This document shows positions 24,497-37,240 of a stretch of 64,000 bases of DNA, piece by piece. Source of the stretch: an uncultured Acidobacteriota bacterium. Its GTDB lineage: Bacteria; Acidobacteriota; Vicinamibacteria; Fen-336. The notes below the pieces were generated by a model, which was given only the letters and a program-made list of their open reading frames with translations, did no database searches and was not told the DNA's origin. The DNA lies in NCBI GenBank assembly GCA_963720545.1, contig OY970399.1, forward strand, positions 3,104,001 through 3,168,000, read 5' to 3'. Made by a program: the position numbers and the translations under genes. Within the stretch, counting starts at the first letter, position 1. Each line of letters opens with the position of its first letter.

Positions 24497-25917
24497 TCCT
24501 GGCGGCGGCGCTCTTCGCCGCCGCGGCCACCGCGGCTGTGGAGCGCCAGCTGGTGGTGCCGCTGCGTGCCGCCGACGTCGCCGTATCGCGCTACCGCCAT
24601 GTGCCGTTCGCAGTGCCGGCAGGCACCACGCGTGTCGAGGTCGCGCTTGCGTTCGACAAGGCGGGCGGCGCCAATGTCATCGACCTCGGGCTGATGGAAC
24701 CCGGCAGCATTTCGCTGCCGAGCGGCGCCTTTCGCGGCTGGAGCGGCGGCGAGCGCGCGGCCGTCTTCGTCGCCGCGGACGATGCGACTCCCGGCTACTG
24801 GCCCGGCGCGACACCGGCCGGCACCTGGCACGTCGTGCTCGGGCTTTACAAGATCGCGCCGCAGGGCGTGTCCGTGACGCTCACGGTGAAAACAGCCAGT
24901 GTGCCTCCTGGCATCGGCATCACCAGGGCGCCACAGGCGTTGCGCTCGCCGGCCGCGGCACCGCTGCGCAGCGACGCGCGCTGGTACGCTGGCGCGCTGC
25001 ACACGCACACCGTTCACAGCGACGGCAGGCTGACGCCGGCGGAGCTGGCACGCGCGGCACGCGCGGCGGGCCTCGACTTCCTGGCGATCACCGATCACAA
25101 CAACACCGCACAGCAGCGCGAGCCGATCGCCGTGCCGGGCCTGCTGGTGATCACCGGCGAAGAGGTGACGACGCCGGGCGGCCATGCCGGCGTGTGGGGC
25201 CTGCACGGTCCGCGTGCCTTCGTCGATTTCCGTGTGGCGCCGGGCGATCCGCGCGTCGCCGAACTGGTCGCGGCAGCCCATGCCAAAGGTGCACTCTTTG
25301 CGATCAACCATCCGTTCGACAACTGCACGGCCTGCTCGTGGACGCACGCAGTGCCGGACGGCATCGACGCGCTCGAGATCACGAACCCCGGCGGCTCGAA
25401 CACGGCGCAGGCCATCGCGCTCTGGGACACGCTGCTGCGCGCGGGCCGCAGGGTCGCGGGGATCGGCGTCAGCGACTGGCATCGGCCGGGGGAGGCTGCG
25501 CGCACCATCGACGTCGCCAACTCGCGCATCTACGCGAGCGAGCTGTCGGAGCCGGCGATCCTGGCGGCGATCAAGGCCGGTCGTGTCATCGTCACCGCCT
25601 CGGCGAAACTGCCCGTGCCGTCGTTCACCGTGTCGACGCCGCGCAACGAACGTGCCGCGGCGGGCGGGCACCTCGAGCTTGTCGCGGGCGAGCCGCTGCG
25701 CCTCGAAGCCGCGGGCGACGCGCCTTATGCGGGCGGCCGCGTGCAGTTCGTGTGGCGCGGCGAGACGCTCGGATCGTTCGACGTGCCGGCGGGTGCGCCC
25801 GCCTCGTTCGCGCACTATCCTGCAGCGGATGGCTACGTGCGCGCCCACTTCTTCGCGCCCGACGGCGCACCGCTCGCCATCACCAACCCCGTGTGGGTCA
25901 CGGTGAAGGCGCCGTGA
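24493..25917 (+). CDS. Secreted CehA/McbA-family PHP metallohydrolase
   Basis: LHTHTVHSDG, AITDHN, GEEVT, INHP, SDWH and AITNPVWV. The TTG overlaps the previous stop. Confidence 0.82.
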   Translation: MILAAALFAAAATAAVERQLVVPLRAADVAVSRYRHVPFAVPAGTTRVEVALAFDKAGGANVIDLGLMEPGSISLPSGAFRGWSGGERAAVFVAADDATPGYWPGATPAGTWHVVLGLYKIAPQGVSVTLTVKTASVPPGIGITRAPQALRSPAAAPLRSDARWYAGALHTHTVHSDGRLTPAELARAARAAGLDFLAITDHNNTAQQREPIAVPGLLVITGEEVTTPGGHAGVWGLHGPRAFVDFRVAPGDPRVAELVAAAHAKGALFAINHPFDNCTACSWTHAVPDGIDALEITNPGGSNTAQAIALWDTLLRAGRRVAGIGVSDWHRPGEAARTIDVANSRIYASELSEPAILAAIKAGRVIVTASAKLPVPSFTVSTPRNERAAAGGHLELVAGEPLRLEAAGDAPYAGGRVQFVWRGETLGSFDVPAGAPASFAHYPAADGYVRAHFFAPDGAPLAITNPVWVTVKAP

Positions 25918-28217
25918 CGAGAGGCAGCACGCCGCGGCTGCTGCCCGGCGCCTTGCTGGTTCTTGGTTCGCTTCTCGCCGTGCCGCGCGCCGGGCAGGCC
26001 GACGAACTGGTGACGCCGGTGCGCGTCGGCCGCAGCGATGCGCCGCTCGCGGTGAGCGTGTGGGCCCAGGCCGAGTATTCGCACGTCGCGGGCCGGCCCG
26101 AACTCGCCGCCGTGTTCACGAAGATTTTCACCGACTGGGCAGTCGCGCGGCCCGACATCCGCCTCGACATCTCGGTGATGCCAGGGCTGGAGATGCACAA
26201 GGCGAAGCTGCTGCTGGCTGCGAACGCCGACCGGCTGCCCGACGTCGCGTCGATCGACAGTTTCTGGATGCCGCTCTTTCTTGCCGGCGGACACCTGCAG
26301 CCGCTCGATCCCGAATGGCCGGTGGCAGATCGCGCCGACTACCTGCCGTTCACCATCAGCACGCTCTCGGATCGCGCCGGGCACGTCTATGGCATGTGGC
26401 ACGGCACCGACTGCCGCGCGCTCTATTACCGCAAGGACCTGGTGCCGAAACCGCCGCGCACCTGGGACGAGCTGCTCGAGCTGGCGGCGAAGATCTCGCG
26501 CGAGAAGGGCATAGCCGGCTACATGTTCAACGCCGGCCGGTGGGAGGGCACCGTCTTCGACCACCTGCCGATGCTGTGGGCGCAAGGCGGCGAGATCGTC
26601 GATGCCGACGGCCGGCCGGTGTTCGGCCTGCCGCAAAACCGCGAGAAGCTGCTCGCCATCCTGCGCTTCCTGCGCCGCGCGGTCGAAAGCGGCGCGTCGC
26701 CGCGCTCGGTGCTGGGCTCGATCGACTATCACCAGCTGTCGTCGGCGGCGATCGCCGGCGACACCGCGATGTTCCTCGGCGGCAACTGGCAGGTGCGCGA
26801 GCTGGAAGTGGGGATGACGAAGGCGCAACTCGACAACTGGGACGTGGCGCCCATCCCGCAGCGCGCGCCGGGCCAGATGGCGACCGGCACCGGCGGCTGG
26901 GTGTGGGTGGTGTTCGCCAAGGACCCGGCGCGCCGCAAGGCGGCGATCGAGTTCCTGCAGTTCCTGCAGTCGAGCGAGCACGTCGCGCAGATCGAGCCGG
27001 TCACGGGCCACCTGCCGGTGCGCATCAGCGTCTATCGCGACGCGCCCTTCTTCCGCGACGACCGCTGGAACGCCAAGTTCGCGACGCTCCTCGCAGGTGC
27101 GCGCGCCCGGCCGGCGGCGCTCATCTATCCGTACCTCTCGGAGCAGCTGCAGATCGCCATCGGCGACGTGGTCGCCGGCAGCGCCACTCCCGAGGGGGCG
27201 TTGGAGCGCGCGTGGCAGGCGACGCTGCGCCAGGACGCGCGCCTGCGCGACGTGCGGCCGCGCGCCGGTTTCGACAAGTGGCGGCTGCTGCCCATGGTCC
27301 TGGCGCTGGCCGCCGCCTTATTCGCGGCCGCGCTGTTCGCGCGCGCCTCGGTCCTCCTGTGGCTGGGCCCTGCGCTTGCGGTGATCGGCCTGGTCCTCAT
27401 CTATCCGATCTTCGACCTCGTGCGGCTCGCGTTCTCCGACGCGCACACCGCGGAAGCTGCGACCCGCTACGGCCTGCAGAGCTTCGCGGATCTGTTCCGC
27501 GACCCGGAGTTTCGCGGCATGCTCGCGGTCACCGTTGCGTTCGTGGTCGCGAGCGTTGCGTTGCAGCTGGGCCTTGGCCTGCTGCTCGCCACCGGACTCG
27601 ACGCGGCGCGCCGGGCGCGGCGGCCCGGCACCTTGTTCGCGCGCGCTGCGGTGGTCAGCGCGTGGGTGGTCCCCGGCATCCTGGTGGGCGTGCTGTGGAA
27701 GGTGCTGCTCGTCGAAAACCGTTCCGGAATCGCCAACTATTTCCTGTCCTTCTTTGGCGGCGGTCCGTACCCGTGGCTGTCGTCATCCACACTCGCGCTG
27801 GTGTCGGTGATCGCCGCCAACACCTGGCGCGGCTCGGCCTTCAGCATGATCCTCTTGTACGCGGCGCTGCAGCGGGTGCCGCGCGAACTGCACGAAGCCG
27901 CCGACCTCGAGGGACTGGGGCCGCTGGCACGCTTTCGCGTCGTGGCGTGGCCGCAGATCCGCGCCGTCGCGGCCCTCAACCTGACGCTCATCACCATCGC
28001 GACGCTCAACACCTTCGACCTCATCCTGCCGCTCACCGCCGGCGGCCCGGCCCGGGCCACCGAGGTGATGTCGCTGTTCATGTACCGCACCGCGTTCATG
28101 AACCTCGAGGCGGGCCGCGCCGCGGCGGTGGCGATGATCATGCTGCTGCTCAACCTGGTGCTCGCGTGGGCGGCGCTGCGCCTGATGCGTGAGCGCCGGA
28201 GCGTGTCTTCACCATGA
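25914..28217 (+). CDS. Fused sugar ABC substrate-binding protein + permease
   Basis: Family-1 SBP (LYYRKDL..PPRTWDEL, GGWVWVV) continues in frame into TM helices and the EAA motif ELHEAADLEG. Confidence 0.85.
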   Translation: MTRGSTPRLLPGALLVLGSLLAVPRAGQADELVTPVRVGRSDAPLAVSVWAQAEYSHVAGRPELAAVFTKIFTDWAVARPDIRLDISVMPGLEMHKAKLLLAANADRLPDVASIDSFWMPLFLAGGHLQPLDPEWPVADRADYLPFTISTLSDRAGHVYGMWHGTDCRALYYRKDLVPKPPRTWDELLELAAKISREKGIAGYMFNAGRWEGTVFDHLPMLWAQGGEIVDADGRPVFGLPQNREKLLAILRFLRRAVESGASPRSVLGSIDYHQLSSAAIAGDTAMFLGGNWQVRELEVGMTKAQLDNWDVAPIPQRAPGQMATGTGGWVWVVFAKDPARRKAAIEFLQFLQSSEHVAQIEPVTGHLPVRISVYRDAPFFRDDRWNAKFATLLAGARARPAALIYPYLSEQLQIAIGDVVAGSATPEGALERAWQATLRQDARLRDVRPRAGFDKWRLLPMVLALAAALFAAALFARASVLLWLGPALAVIGLVLIYPIFDLVRLAFSDAHTAEAATRYGLQSFADLFRDPEFRGMLAVTVAFVVASVALQLGLGLLLATGLDAARRARRPGTLFARAAVVSAWVVPGILVGVLWKVLLVENRSGIANYFLSFFGGGPYPWLSSSTLALVSVIAANTWRGSAFSMILLYAALQRVPRELHEAADLEGLGPLARFRVVAWPQIRAVAALNLTLITIATLNTFDLILPLTAGGPARATEVMSLFMYRTAFMNLEAGRAAAVAMIMLLLNLVLAWAALRLMRERRSVSSP

Positions 28218-29029
28218 AGCGCCGCTCGCCGCCGTTGGCGCTGCTGCTGCTTGCGGGAGCGTTCCTGCTGCCGCAACTGTGGCTGCTTTCGCTGGCCCTG
28301 CACACGGGCGCCTCGGTTTACGAGTACCCGCCGCGCTTCATCCCGGCGCACCCGACGCTCGCCAACCTCACGTTCGTCTTCACCAAGACGCAGGTGCCGA
28401 CGTACCTGTGGAACAGCACCAAGCTGGCTTTCCTGGCGACCGCAGCGACGCTCGTCATCGGCGTGCCGGCCGCCTTCGTCCTGTCGCGCGAGCGCTTCCG
28501 CGGCCGCGCCGCGCTGCGCGGCTCGCTGCTGGTGGTGCAGATGGTCTCGCCGCTGGTGCTGCTGGTGCCGATCTACACCGTGATCACGGCGCTGGGCCTG
28601 CTCGACACGCACTCGGGCCTGGTCCTCGTCTATTGCGCGCTGCAGCTGCCGTTCACGATCGCGGTGCTCGCCGGCTTCTTCGACGCGCTGCCGACGGCGC
28701 TCTTCGAAGCCGCGCGCCTCGATGGCGCCTCGCGGCTGCGCACCTTGACGCGCGTGGCGCTGCCGATCGCCGGCCCCGGCCTCGCCGCCACCGCCATCTT
28801 CAACCTGGCGGCCTACTGGTCCGAGTTCGGGCTCGCGCTGGTGCTTCTCGACTCGCAGTCGCGCTACACGGTGCCGGTGGGGTTGTTCGCGCTGCAAAGC
28901 GGCTACGAAACCGAGTGGCAGCTGGTTTCGGCGGCGGCGCTCGTCGGTATCCTGCCGGTGATGGCGATGTTCGTCTTCCTGCAGCGCTATTTCGTCACCG
29001 GCCTGACGGCTGGAGCGGTGAAAGGCTGA
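28214..29029 (+). CDS. Carbohydrate ABC transporter permease
   Basis: EAA motif LFEAARLDGAS; QRYFVTGLTAGAVKG terminus. Confidence 0.92.
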   Translation: MKRRSPPLALLLLAGAFLLPQLWLLSLALHTGASVYEYPPRFIPAHPTLANLTFVFTKTQVPTYLWNSTKLAFLATAATLVIGVPAAFVLSRERFRGRAALRGSLLVVQMVSPLVLLVPIYTVITALGLLDTHSGLVLVYCALQLPFTIAVLAGFFDALPTALFEAARLDGASRLRTLTRVALPIAGPGLAATAIFNLAAYWSEFGLALVLLDSQSRYTVPVGLFALQSGYETEWQLVSAAALVGILPVMAMFVFLQRYFVTGLTAGAVKG

Positions 29030-29054
29030 CGCCTGGCGCGCTGACGCGCCCGGC

Positions 29055-30557
<1,503 letters not shown>

Positions 30558-30558
30558 G

Positions 30559-31341
30559 TCAGGCGCTCGGCTGGTGGTGGCGGGTCACGAACAGATCGTA
30601 CGCCGAGGCGCCGGCGATGCCACCGACGAGCGGGCCGGCGATGGGCACCCACCACCAGCCGTGGCCGGCGCGGAACACTTCGGGCCCCCAGCCGGCGACG
30701 AGCGTGAAGAGGCGCGGGCCGAGGTCGCGCGCGGGGTTGATGGCGTAGCCGGCGTTGAAGCCGAAGCACATGCCGATGAGGACCACCGCGAGCCCGACGA
30801 GCACCGGAGCGTTGCGCGGGTCGGGCGCGTGGTTCTTGGCATCGCCGATCGCGAGGATCAGGATGACGAGCATCGCGGTGCCGACCACCTGGTCGAGAAG
30901 GCCGCCGCCGATGCTCAGGAACGGCTGCGGGTAGGTGGCGAAAATGCCCGCGGTCGCCTGCGCGCCCGCGACCTGGCGCACGCCGCCGTCGAAGTGGTCG
31001 AAGGCTTCGCGGTAGGTGAGGAGCGTCAGCGCGGATGCGGCGAAGGCGCCGGCCACCTGCGCGGCAGCATACGGCAACACCTTGCGCCACGGAAAGCCGC
31101 GCCGCACGGCGAGCGCCAGCGTCACCGCGGGGTTGAGGTGCGCGCCCGAGAGGCCCGCCGAGGCATAGACGCCCATCATGACGGCAAGGCCCCAGGCGAT
31201 GTTGATCGACAGGTAACCGCCGTGGCTGCCGCCGCTCAGCACCACCTGCGCCACCACGGCCGTGCCGAACGCGATCAGCAGGAACGTGCCGAAGAACTCG
31301 CCGCTCACTTCGCGGGCCAGGGACGACCGTGACTCATTCAT
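30559..31341 (-). CDS. glpF: Aquaglyceroporin (glycerol uptake facilitator)
   Basis: [19 protein letters not shown] and AGIFATYP. Confidence 0.92.
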   Translation of the reverse strand: MNESRSSLAREVSGEFFGTFLLIAFGTAVVAQVVLSGGSHGGYLSINIAWGLAVMMGVYASAGLSGAHLNPAVTLALAVRRGFPWRKVLPYAAAQVAGAFAASALTLLTYREAFDHFDGGVRQVAGAQATAGIFATYPQPFLSIGGGLLDQVVGTAMLVILILAIGDAKNHAPDPRNAPVLVGLAVVLIGMCFGFNAGYAINPARDLGPRLFTLVAGWGPEVFRAGHGWWWVPIAGPLVGGIAGASAYDLFVTRHHQPSA

Positions 31342-32705
31342 GGATTCACCGCCTTTGCGGGTACGGGTATTTCATACGCCGGCCCCTCGCCGCGAAGCGC
31401 GGCGTCGCCGCGCCACTGCAGCAGGGTCCTGTCCGGCTCATCGTCACCGTTGAGGAAGAAGAGCGCGTTGACCGCGGCGAGGCGCGCGGCACCGCTGCCC
31501 GGCGCCAGTGGGGTCTCGCCTTTGTCGCGCGGCGGCCGGGTGTGCGCGCGGATGGCGAGCGACACGACGTCGGCGGCGGTGGCTCCGGGAGGCAGCGCGA
31601 CCGCGCCGCGAAAGCAGCCGGTGGGGAAGTGGATGGGCTCGCGCGCGATGCGGAAGTTGGCAAGCCCGCCGCTCGAGTCGTAGTCGGCCACGGTGCCGTC
31701 GCGCCGCCGCGCGCGCACCGAAAACGAAAGCACGGCATCCGTCGCCGGCGCGCACGCCTCGAGCGTCAGGTAGCGGCGCGGGTCCACGATGCGGCCCTTG
31801 CCCGGCGCGGCCTCGCCTTTCACGCGGCCCTCGCGCCGCGCTTCCTGCGCGCTCACGCGGTAGGTCCATGGCTCGCGGTCCATCGCCACCTCGCGCGACA
31901 CCGAGGCGAGCTCGATGAGCACCGGAGCCGGCGCGAAGCGCATGCCGGTGCCACCCTTGGTGTCCACCATGTTGTTCTTCGTCACCACCCACATCAGCGG
32001 GTGATCGCCCTCGCGCCGGCCGTGGAACGGTTCGATCGCATGCCCCGGCGCCTGGAACTCGGAACTCACCGCGGCGCCGTCCGCGGCGGTGACGACACCG
32101 TAGACGTATTCGATGTCGGTGAGCCGCCCCCACGTTGCCAGCAAGCGGTCGGCAGGCGTGCCGCCGTCTTCGTTGCTGAAGACGACGGTGTAGCGCAGCC
32201 GCGTGCCCGCGGCCACCTGGTCTTCCTCCACGTACATGATGAGCGGCACGTCGCTGAAGCGGCCGATGGTGTCGCGGCGGATGTAAACGAAAGGTGAGTG
32301 CGCGAGGCGGCGGCCTTGCGGCGACGCGGAATCGATGGCAGCGAGTTCCAGGCTCTCGACCATCGCCGCCCGGACCTTCCTGGCGCTGCGCGTGCGGTCG
32401 ATGCGTACCTCCACCTGGTGCGTGCCGGGCTCGAGGCGTCCCAGCGCGATGCGATAGGGAGCGGGCCGCGCGCCTCGGGTCAGGAACAGGTGCTGCGAAT
32501 AGCGGCCATCCACGTTCACCACCAGGGCGGCGGCTTCCTGCCCCTTGCGCTGCCAGTCGCATTCCGCGCACGACGCCGTGATGGTCGCGACTATTTCCGA
32601 CTGCGCGGCAAGCGCGAGCGTACGCGTGGCGAGCGCCGCGTCGTCGATTGTGGCCGGGGCCATGGCCGTGGCCGCGGTGACGAAGAGCGATGCGAGGAGC
32701 GCCAT
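31338..32705 (-). CDS. Secreted hypothetical protein
   Basis: 455-aa ORF with a signal-like N-terminus and FSNEDGGT..WGRLTDIEYVY; coupled to glpF. Confidence 0.7.
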   Translation of the reverse strand: MALLASLFVTAATAMAPATIDDAALATRTLALAAQSEIVATITASCAECDWQRKGQEAAALVVNVDGRYSQHLFLTRGARPAPYRIALGRLEPGTHQVEVRIDRTRSARKVRAAMVESLELAAIDSASPQGRRLAHSPFVYIRRDTIGRFSDVPLIMYVEEDQVAAGTRLRYTVVFSNEDGGTPADRLLATWGRLTDIEYVYGVVTAADGAAVSSEFQAPGHAIEPFHGRREGDHPLMWVVTKNNMVDTKGGTGMRFAPAPVLIELASVSREVAMDREPWTYRVSAQEARREGRVKGEAAPGKGRIVDPRRYLTLEACAPATDAVLSFSVRARRRDGTVADYDSSGGLANFRIAREPIHFPTGCFRGAVALPPGATAADVVSLAIRAHTRPPRDKGETPLAPGSGAARLAAVNALFFLNGDDEPDRTLLQWRGDAALRGEGPAYEIPVPAKAVNP

Positions 32706-32736
32706 CGGCGCACGAAGCTATAATGGCCGCGCTCCA

Positions 32737-33765
<1,029 letters not shown>

Positions 33766-33774
33766 AATCGGCAG

Positions 33775-33822
33775 TTGACAGGCGAAATGTGCGCGAGTAG
33801 CTTCGCGATTGGAACGTTGCAA
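33775..33822 (+). promoter_or_regulatory. sigma70 promoter TTGACA-17-TAGCTT plus LacI-type operator TTGGAACGTTGCAA
   Basis: TTGACA at 33775-33780, TAGCTT at 33798-33803 and a near-palindrome with AACGTT core at 33809-33822. Confidence 0.7.
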
Positions 33823-33917
33823 GAAAATCACCGTTTCGCCCCCACGCCATCACGAACGCCGGTCAAAGTGACATCGAAGTGCCCGACAGACCGCTCGTAG
33901 TCCGAGGAGGATTTGAG

Positions 33918-36900
33918 ATGAAGCGCATCGTTGCCGCCCTGGGATTGATGCTCGCGCTGGCGCTCCCGGCCATGGCCCAAATCGATCGTGCATCGCTGAC
34001 CGGCACCGTGAAGGATTCGCAGGGCGCGCTCGTCCCCGGCGCCGCGGTGACCGCGACCCACATCGCCACGAACGTTGCTGCGAGGACCCGGAGCAACAAT
34101 TCCGGAAGCTTCCTCATCGTCAACCTGCGCTCGGGGCAATACCTCGTCGAGGTGGAGGCCGCCGGCTTCGAGAAGACCCAACAGTCGGTCATCCTCGACA
34201 CTGGCCAGCGCGGTGCGCTCGACTTCACGGTCGGCGTCAGCGGCGTCAGCGAATCGGTCACCGTCCAGGAAGGCCAGCGCCTGCTGAGCACAACTCAGTC
34301 GAACCTCGGCGCGGTCATCGAGCAGAACGCCGTCGCCAAGCTGCCGCTCGCGATTCGCAACTGGGACGACCTGCTGGCGCTGGTGCCCGGCGTGCAGGGC
34401 GACCGCTTCACCGAACAGGGCGGCGGCACTTCGTTCGGCCGCACCGGCGGCATCAACGTTCACGGCGCGCGTTCGTTGCAGAACAACTTCCTGCTGGACG
34501 GCGTCGACAACAACAGCATCTCCGAGAACGTGCAGGAGCTGACGACCCAGGTGTCGCGCCCCTCGGTCGACGCCATACAGGAGTTCAAGGTAGTAACCAG
34601 CCCGTTCACCGCCGAGTTCGGCCGCTCGCCCGGCGCCGCGGTCAGCGTGGTCACGAAGTCCGGGACCAACGAAATCCACGGCACGGCCTACGACTTCTAT
34701 CGCAATGAGGGCTTCGACTCGAACGACTTCTTCTCGAAGCGCGCCAACCTGCCGAAGCCGCCGAACGACCAGAACCAGTTCGGCGCCAACATCGGCGGCC
34801 CGATCCGCAAAGACCAGGCGTTCTTCTTCGCCGACTACGAAGGCACGCGCATCACTCGTGGCGTCACCCGCATCACCCGCGTGCCCAGCGCGAGCGACCG
34901 CGCCGGCATCTTCTCGACCGCCATCAAGGACCCGGTCACCGGCCTGCCGTTCCCCGGCAACACCATCCCGCAGGACCGCATCGACCCGTTCGCCGCCGGC
35001 ATCCTCGGCCTGGTGCCACTGCCGAACCAGTCGGGCGCCAACAACTTCGCGCGCCAGGCCAACATCGAGGACAACTCCGACCGCTTCCTTTCGCGCCTCG
35101 ACCTGCGCGCGAGCGACAGCGACTCGGTGTTCGCCCGCTACATCTACTCGAATCGCTCCCGCAACATCCCGGGCGCCTTCGACGGCGTCGTCGACGGCAC
35201 CGGCACCTCGGCGTTCGGCAACCAGAAGATCAAGACCAACGCTCTGGTCGCCGGCTGGACGCACATCTTCTCGCCCACCGTCGTCAACGAGTTCCGCTTC
35301 TCGTGGTCGAAGTCGGTGTCGGACGCAGTGCAGCGGCCCTTCGGCCTCGCAACCCCGCCCGAGGCGACCATTCCGGGGGCGATCAACAACCCGGTCGTCG
35401 CGGGCGGCCTGCCGGGCATTACCATCGACGGCTTCTTCGGCGGCTCCGGCCTTGGCCGCATCGGCTCGCCCGACTTCCTGCCGAAGTTCCAGCACACCAA
35501 CCAGTTCGAGTTCATCAACAGCGTCTCGTGGCTGCGCGGCGACCATGCGTTCAAGATCGGCGCCGACATCATCGCGCCGATGAAGAACCAGTACTTCGAC
35601 GTGCCCGCCACCCGCGGCGCGCTGCGCTTTCGCAACTCGTTCACCGGCAACGCGATGGCCGACTACCTGCTGGGCTACGCCTCCGACCTGCAGCTCTCCA
35701 ACGTGTTCGTGGTCGAGCAGCGCCACTGGGCCTCGATGTTCTTCGTACAGGACGACTGGAAGGTGAACGAGAACCTCACCCTGAACCTCGGCCTGCGCTA
35801 CGACTTCATCACCCCGGCGCTCGAGGCGCAGAACCGCCAGACCAACTTCGATCCCGCAGGCACCGGCTCGCTGGTGTTCGCCTCCGACGGCTCGCTCGAG
35901 GAGCGCGGCCTGGTGAAGGCCGACAAGAACAACTTCGCGCCGCGCTTCGGCTTCGTCTACAAGCTCGACGAGAAGACCCTGGTGCGCGGCGGCTTCGGCA
36001 TCTTCTACAACCTGTTCGACCGGGTTGGCAGCGAAGACCAGCTGGCGCTGAACGTCCCCGGCCTGGTCAACAAGCAGCTGACGCAGACGAGCGGCGCGCC
36101 GGTGATGATCCTGCGCAACGGCTTCCCGGCGAACTTCCTCAACCTGCCGAACCTCGATCCCGCGGCCGGCCAGCTGAAGGCGCTGCGCATTCGCGCGGTC
36201 TCCGAGGACGCGCCGAAGACCACGATGAAGCAGGCGAGCATCGGCTTCCAGCGCGAGGTGCTCGACAACGTGGTGCTGTCGCTGGACGGCATCTGGACCA
36301 AGGGTACGAACCTCGGCGCGCTCATCAACCTCAACCAGCCGCTGCCGAACGCGGCCGGCAACAACGCGCTCGGCGCCTTGCCCTACCCCAACTTCGGCTT
36401 CATCGAGTGGCGCACGCAGACCGGGCGCTCGCAGTACAAAGGCATCGACCTCGGTCTCGACAAGCGCTTCGCCGACGGCTACAGCTTCGGCGTCTCGTAC
36501 ACGCTCGGCGACTCGAAGGACAACACCTCCGAGCAGCTCTCCACCCAGGGCTCGAACGCCTTCCCGCAGAACTCGCGCGATTTCGAGGCGTGGTACGGAC
36601 CGAGCGACTACGACGTGCGCCACCGCCTCGCCGTCAACTTCGTGGTCGAGCTGCCGTTCGGCGCGAACAAGAAGTACCTGAACTCCGGTGTCGGCCGAGC
36701 GATCCTCGGCGGCTGGACCGTCTCGGGCATCTTCACCGCCCGGTCCGGACGGCCGTTCACGGTCAACCAGGCCAACAACAACGTCGGCGCCAACATGACC
36801 GGTCTGCCCAATCAGGTTGGCGACCCCGACGGCCCACAGACGGTCGACGAATGGTTCAACAAGGCCGCGTTCCAGGCGGTTACCTCCGGAACCTTCGGCA

Positions 36901-37142
36901 ACGAGGGACGCAACCAGCTGCGCGGGCCGAACTACCGCTCGTTCGACCTGACCTTCTCGCGGCGTTTCGGTTTCAGCGAGCGCGTCGGCGCCACGCTGCG
37001 CCTCGACGTGTTCAACGTCTTCAACCGCACCAACTTCGGCTTGCCGAACCGCAACCTGACCGACCTGGCCACGCTGGGCACGATCACGAGCCTCGGCGGC
37101 GATGCGCGCATCATGCAGGTCTCGGCCCGGCTCCAGTTCTAG
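33918..37142 (+). CDS. TonB-dependent receptor (Oar-like, N-terminal carboxypeptidase-regulatory-like domain)
   Basis: GAGGAGG RBS, a signal peptide, GTVKDSQGALVPGA, DAIQEFKV, FFVQDDWKV..LNLGLRYD and a terminal F. Confidence 0.92.
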   Translation: MKRIVAALGLMLALALPAMAQIDRASLTGTVKDSQGALVPGAAVTATHIATNVAARTRSNNSGSFLIVNLRSGQYLVEVEAAGFEKTQQSVILDTGQRGALDFTVGVSGVSESVTVQEGQRLLSTTQSNLGAVIEQNAVAKLPLAIRNWDDLLALVPGVQGDRFTEQGGGTSFGRTGGINVHGARSLQNNFLLDGVDNNSISENVQELTTQVSRPSVDAIQEFKVVTSPFTAEFGRSPGAAVSVVTKSGTNEIHGTAYDFYRNEGFDSNDFFSKRANLPKPPNDQNQFGANIGGPIRKDQAFFFADYEGTRITRGVTRITRVPSASDRAGIFSTAIKDPVTGLPFPGNTIPQDRIDPFAAGILGLVPLPNQSGANNFARQANIEDNSDRFLSRLDLRASDSDSVFARYIYSNRSRNIPGAFDGVVDGTGTSAFGNQKIKTNALVAGWTHIFSPTVVNEFRFSWSKSVSDAVQRPFGLATPPEATIPGAINNPVVAGGLPGITIDGFFGGSGLGRIGSPDFLPKFQHTNQFEFINSVSWLRGDHAFKIGADIIAPMKNQYFDVPATRGALRFRNSFTGNAMADYLLGYASDLQLSNVFVVEQRHWASMFFVQDDWKVNENLTLNLGLRYDFITPALEAQNRQTNFDPAGTGSLVFASDGSLEERGLVKADKNNFAPRFGFVYKLDEKTLVRGGFGIFYNLFDRVGSEDQLALNVPGLVNKQLTQTSGAPVMILRNGFPANFLNLPNLDPAAGQLKALRIRAVSEDAPKTTMKQASIGFQREVLDNVVLSLDGIWTKGTNLGALINLNQPLPNAAGNNALGALPYPNFGFIEWRTQTGRSQYKGIDLGLDKRFADGYSFGVSYTLGDSKDNTSEQLSTQGSNAFPQNSRDFEAWYGPSDYDVRHRLAVNFVVELPFGANKKYLNSGVGRAILGGWTVSGIFTARSGRPFTVNQANNNVGANMTGLPNQVGDPDGPQTVDEWFNKAAFQAVTSGTFGNEGRNQLRGPNYRSFDLTFSRRFGFSERVGATLRLDVFNVFNRTNFGLPNRNLTDLATLGTITSLGGDARIMQVSARLQF

Positions 37143-37163
37143 GGCTTCACCAGAGCCGTCCAC

Positions 37164-37193
37164 CGCGCCGGCCAGCAGCACCGGGCCGGCGCG
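37164..37193 (+). terminator. GC-rich hairpin after the TBDR (terminator or mRNA stabiliser)
   Basis: CGCGCCGGCC-N10-GGCCGGCGCG with no U-tract. Confidence 0.4.
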
Positions 37194-37240
37194 TGCGCGC
37201 CTGAATACAACCGTTCATCCCTGACGCAAACGAAAGGCAA

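Noticed and set aside
24429..25913. N-terminal ~495 aa of the 1262-aa ORF
   Set aside because: This is an Arg/Gly-rich shadow frame over the PHP hydrolase gene. The real protein starts at GTG 25914.
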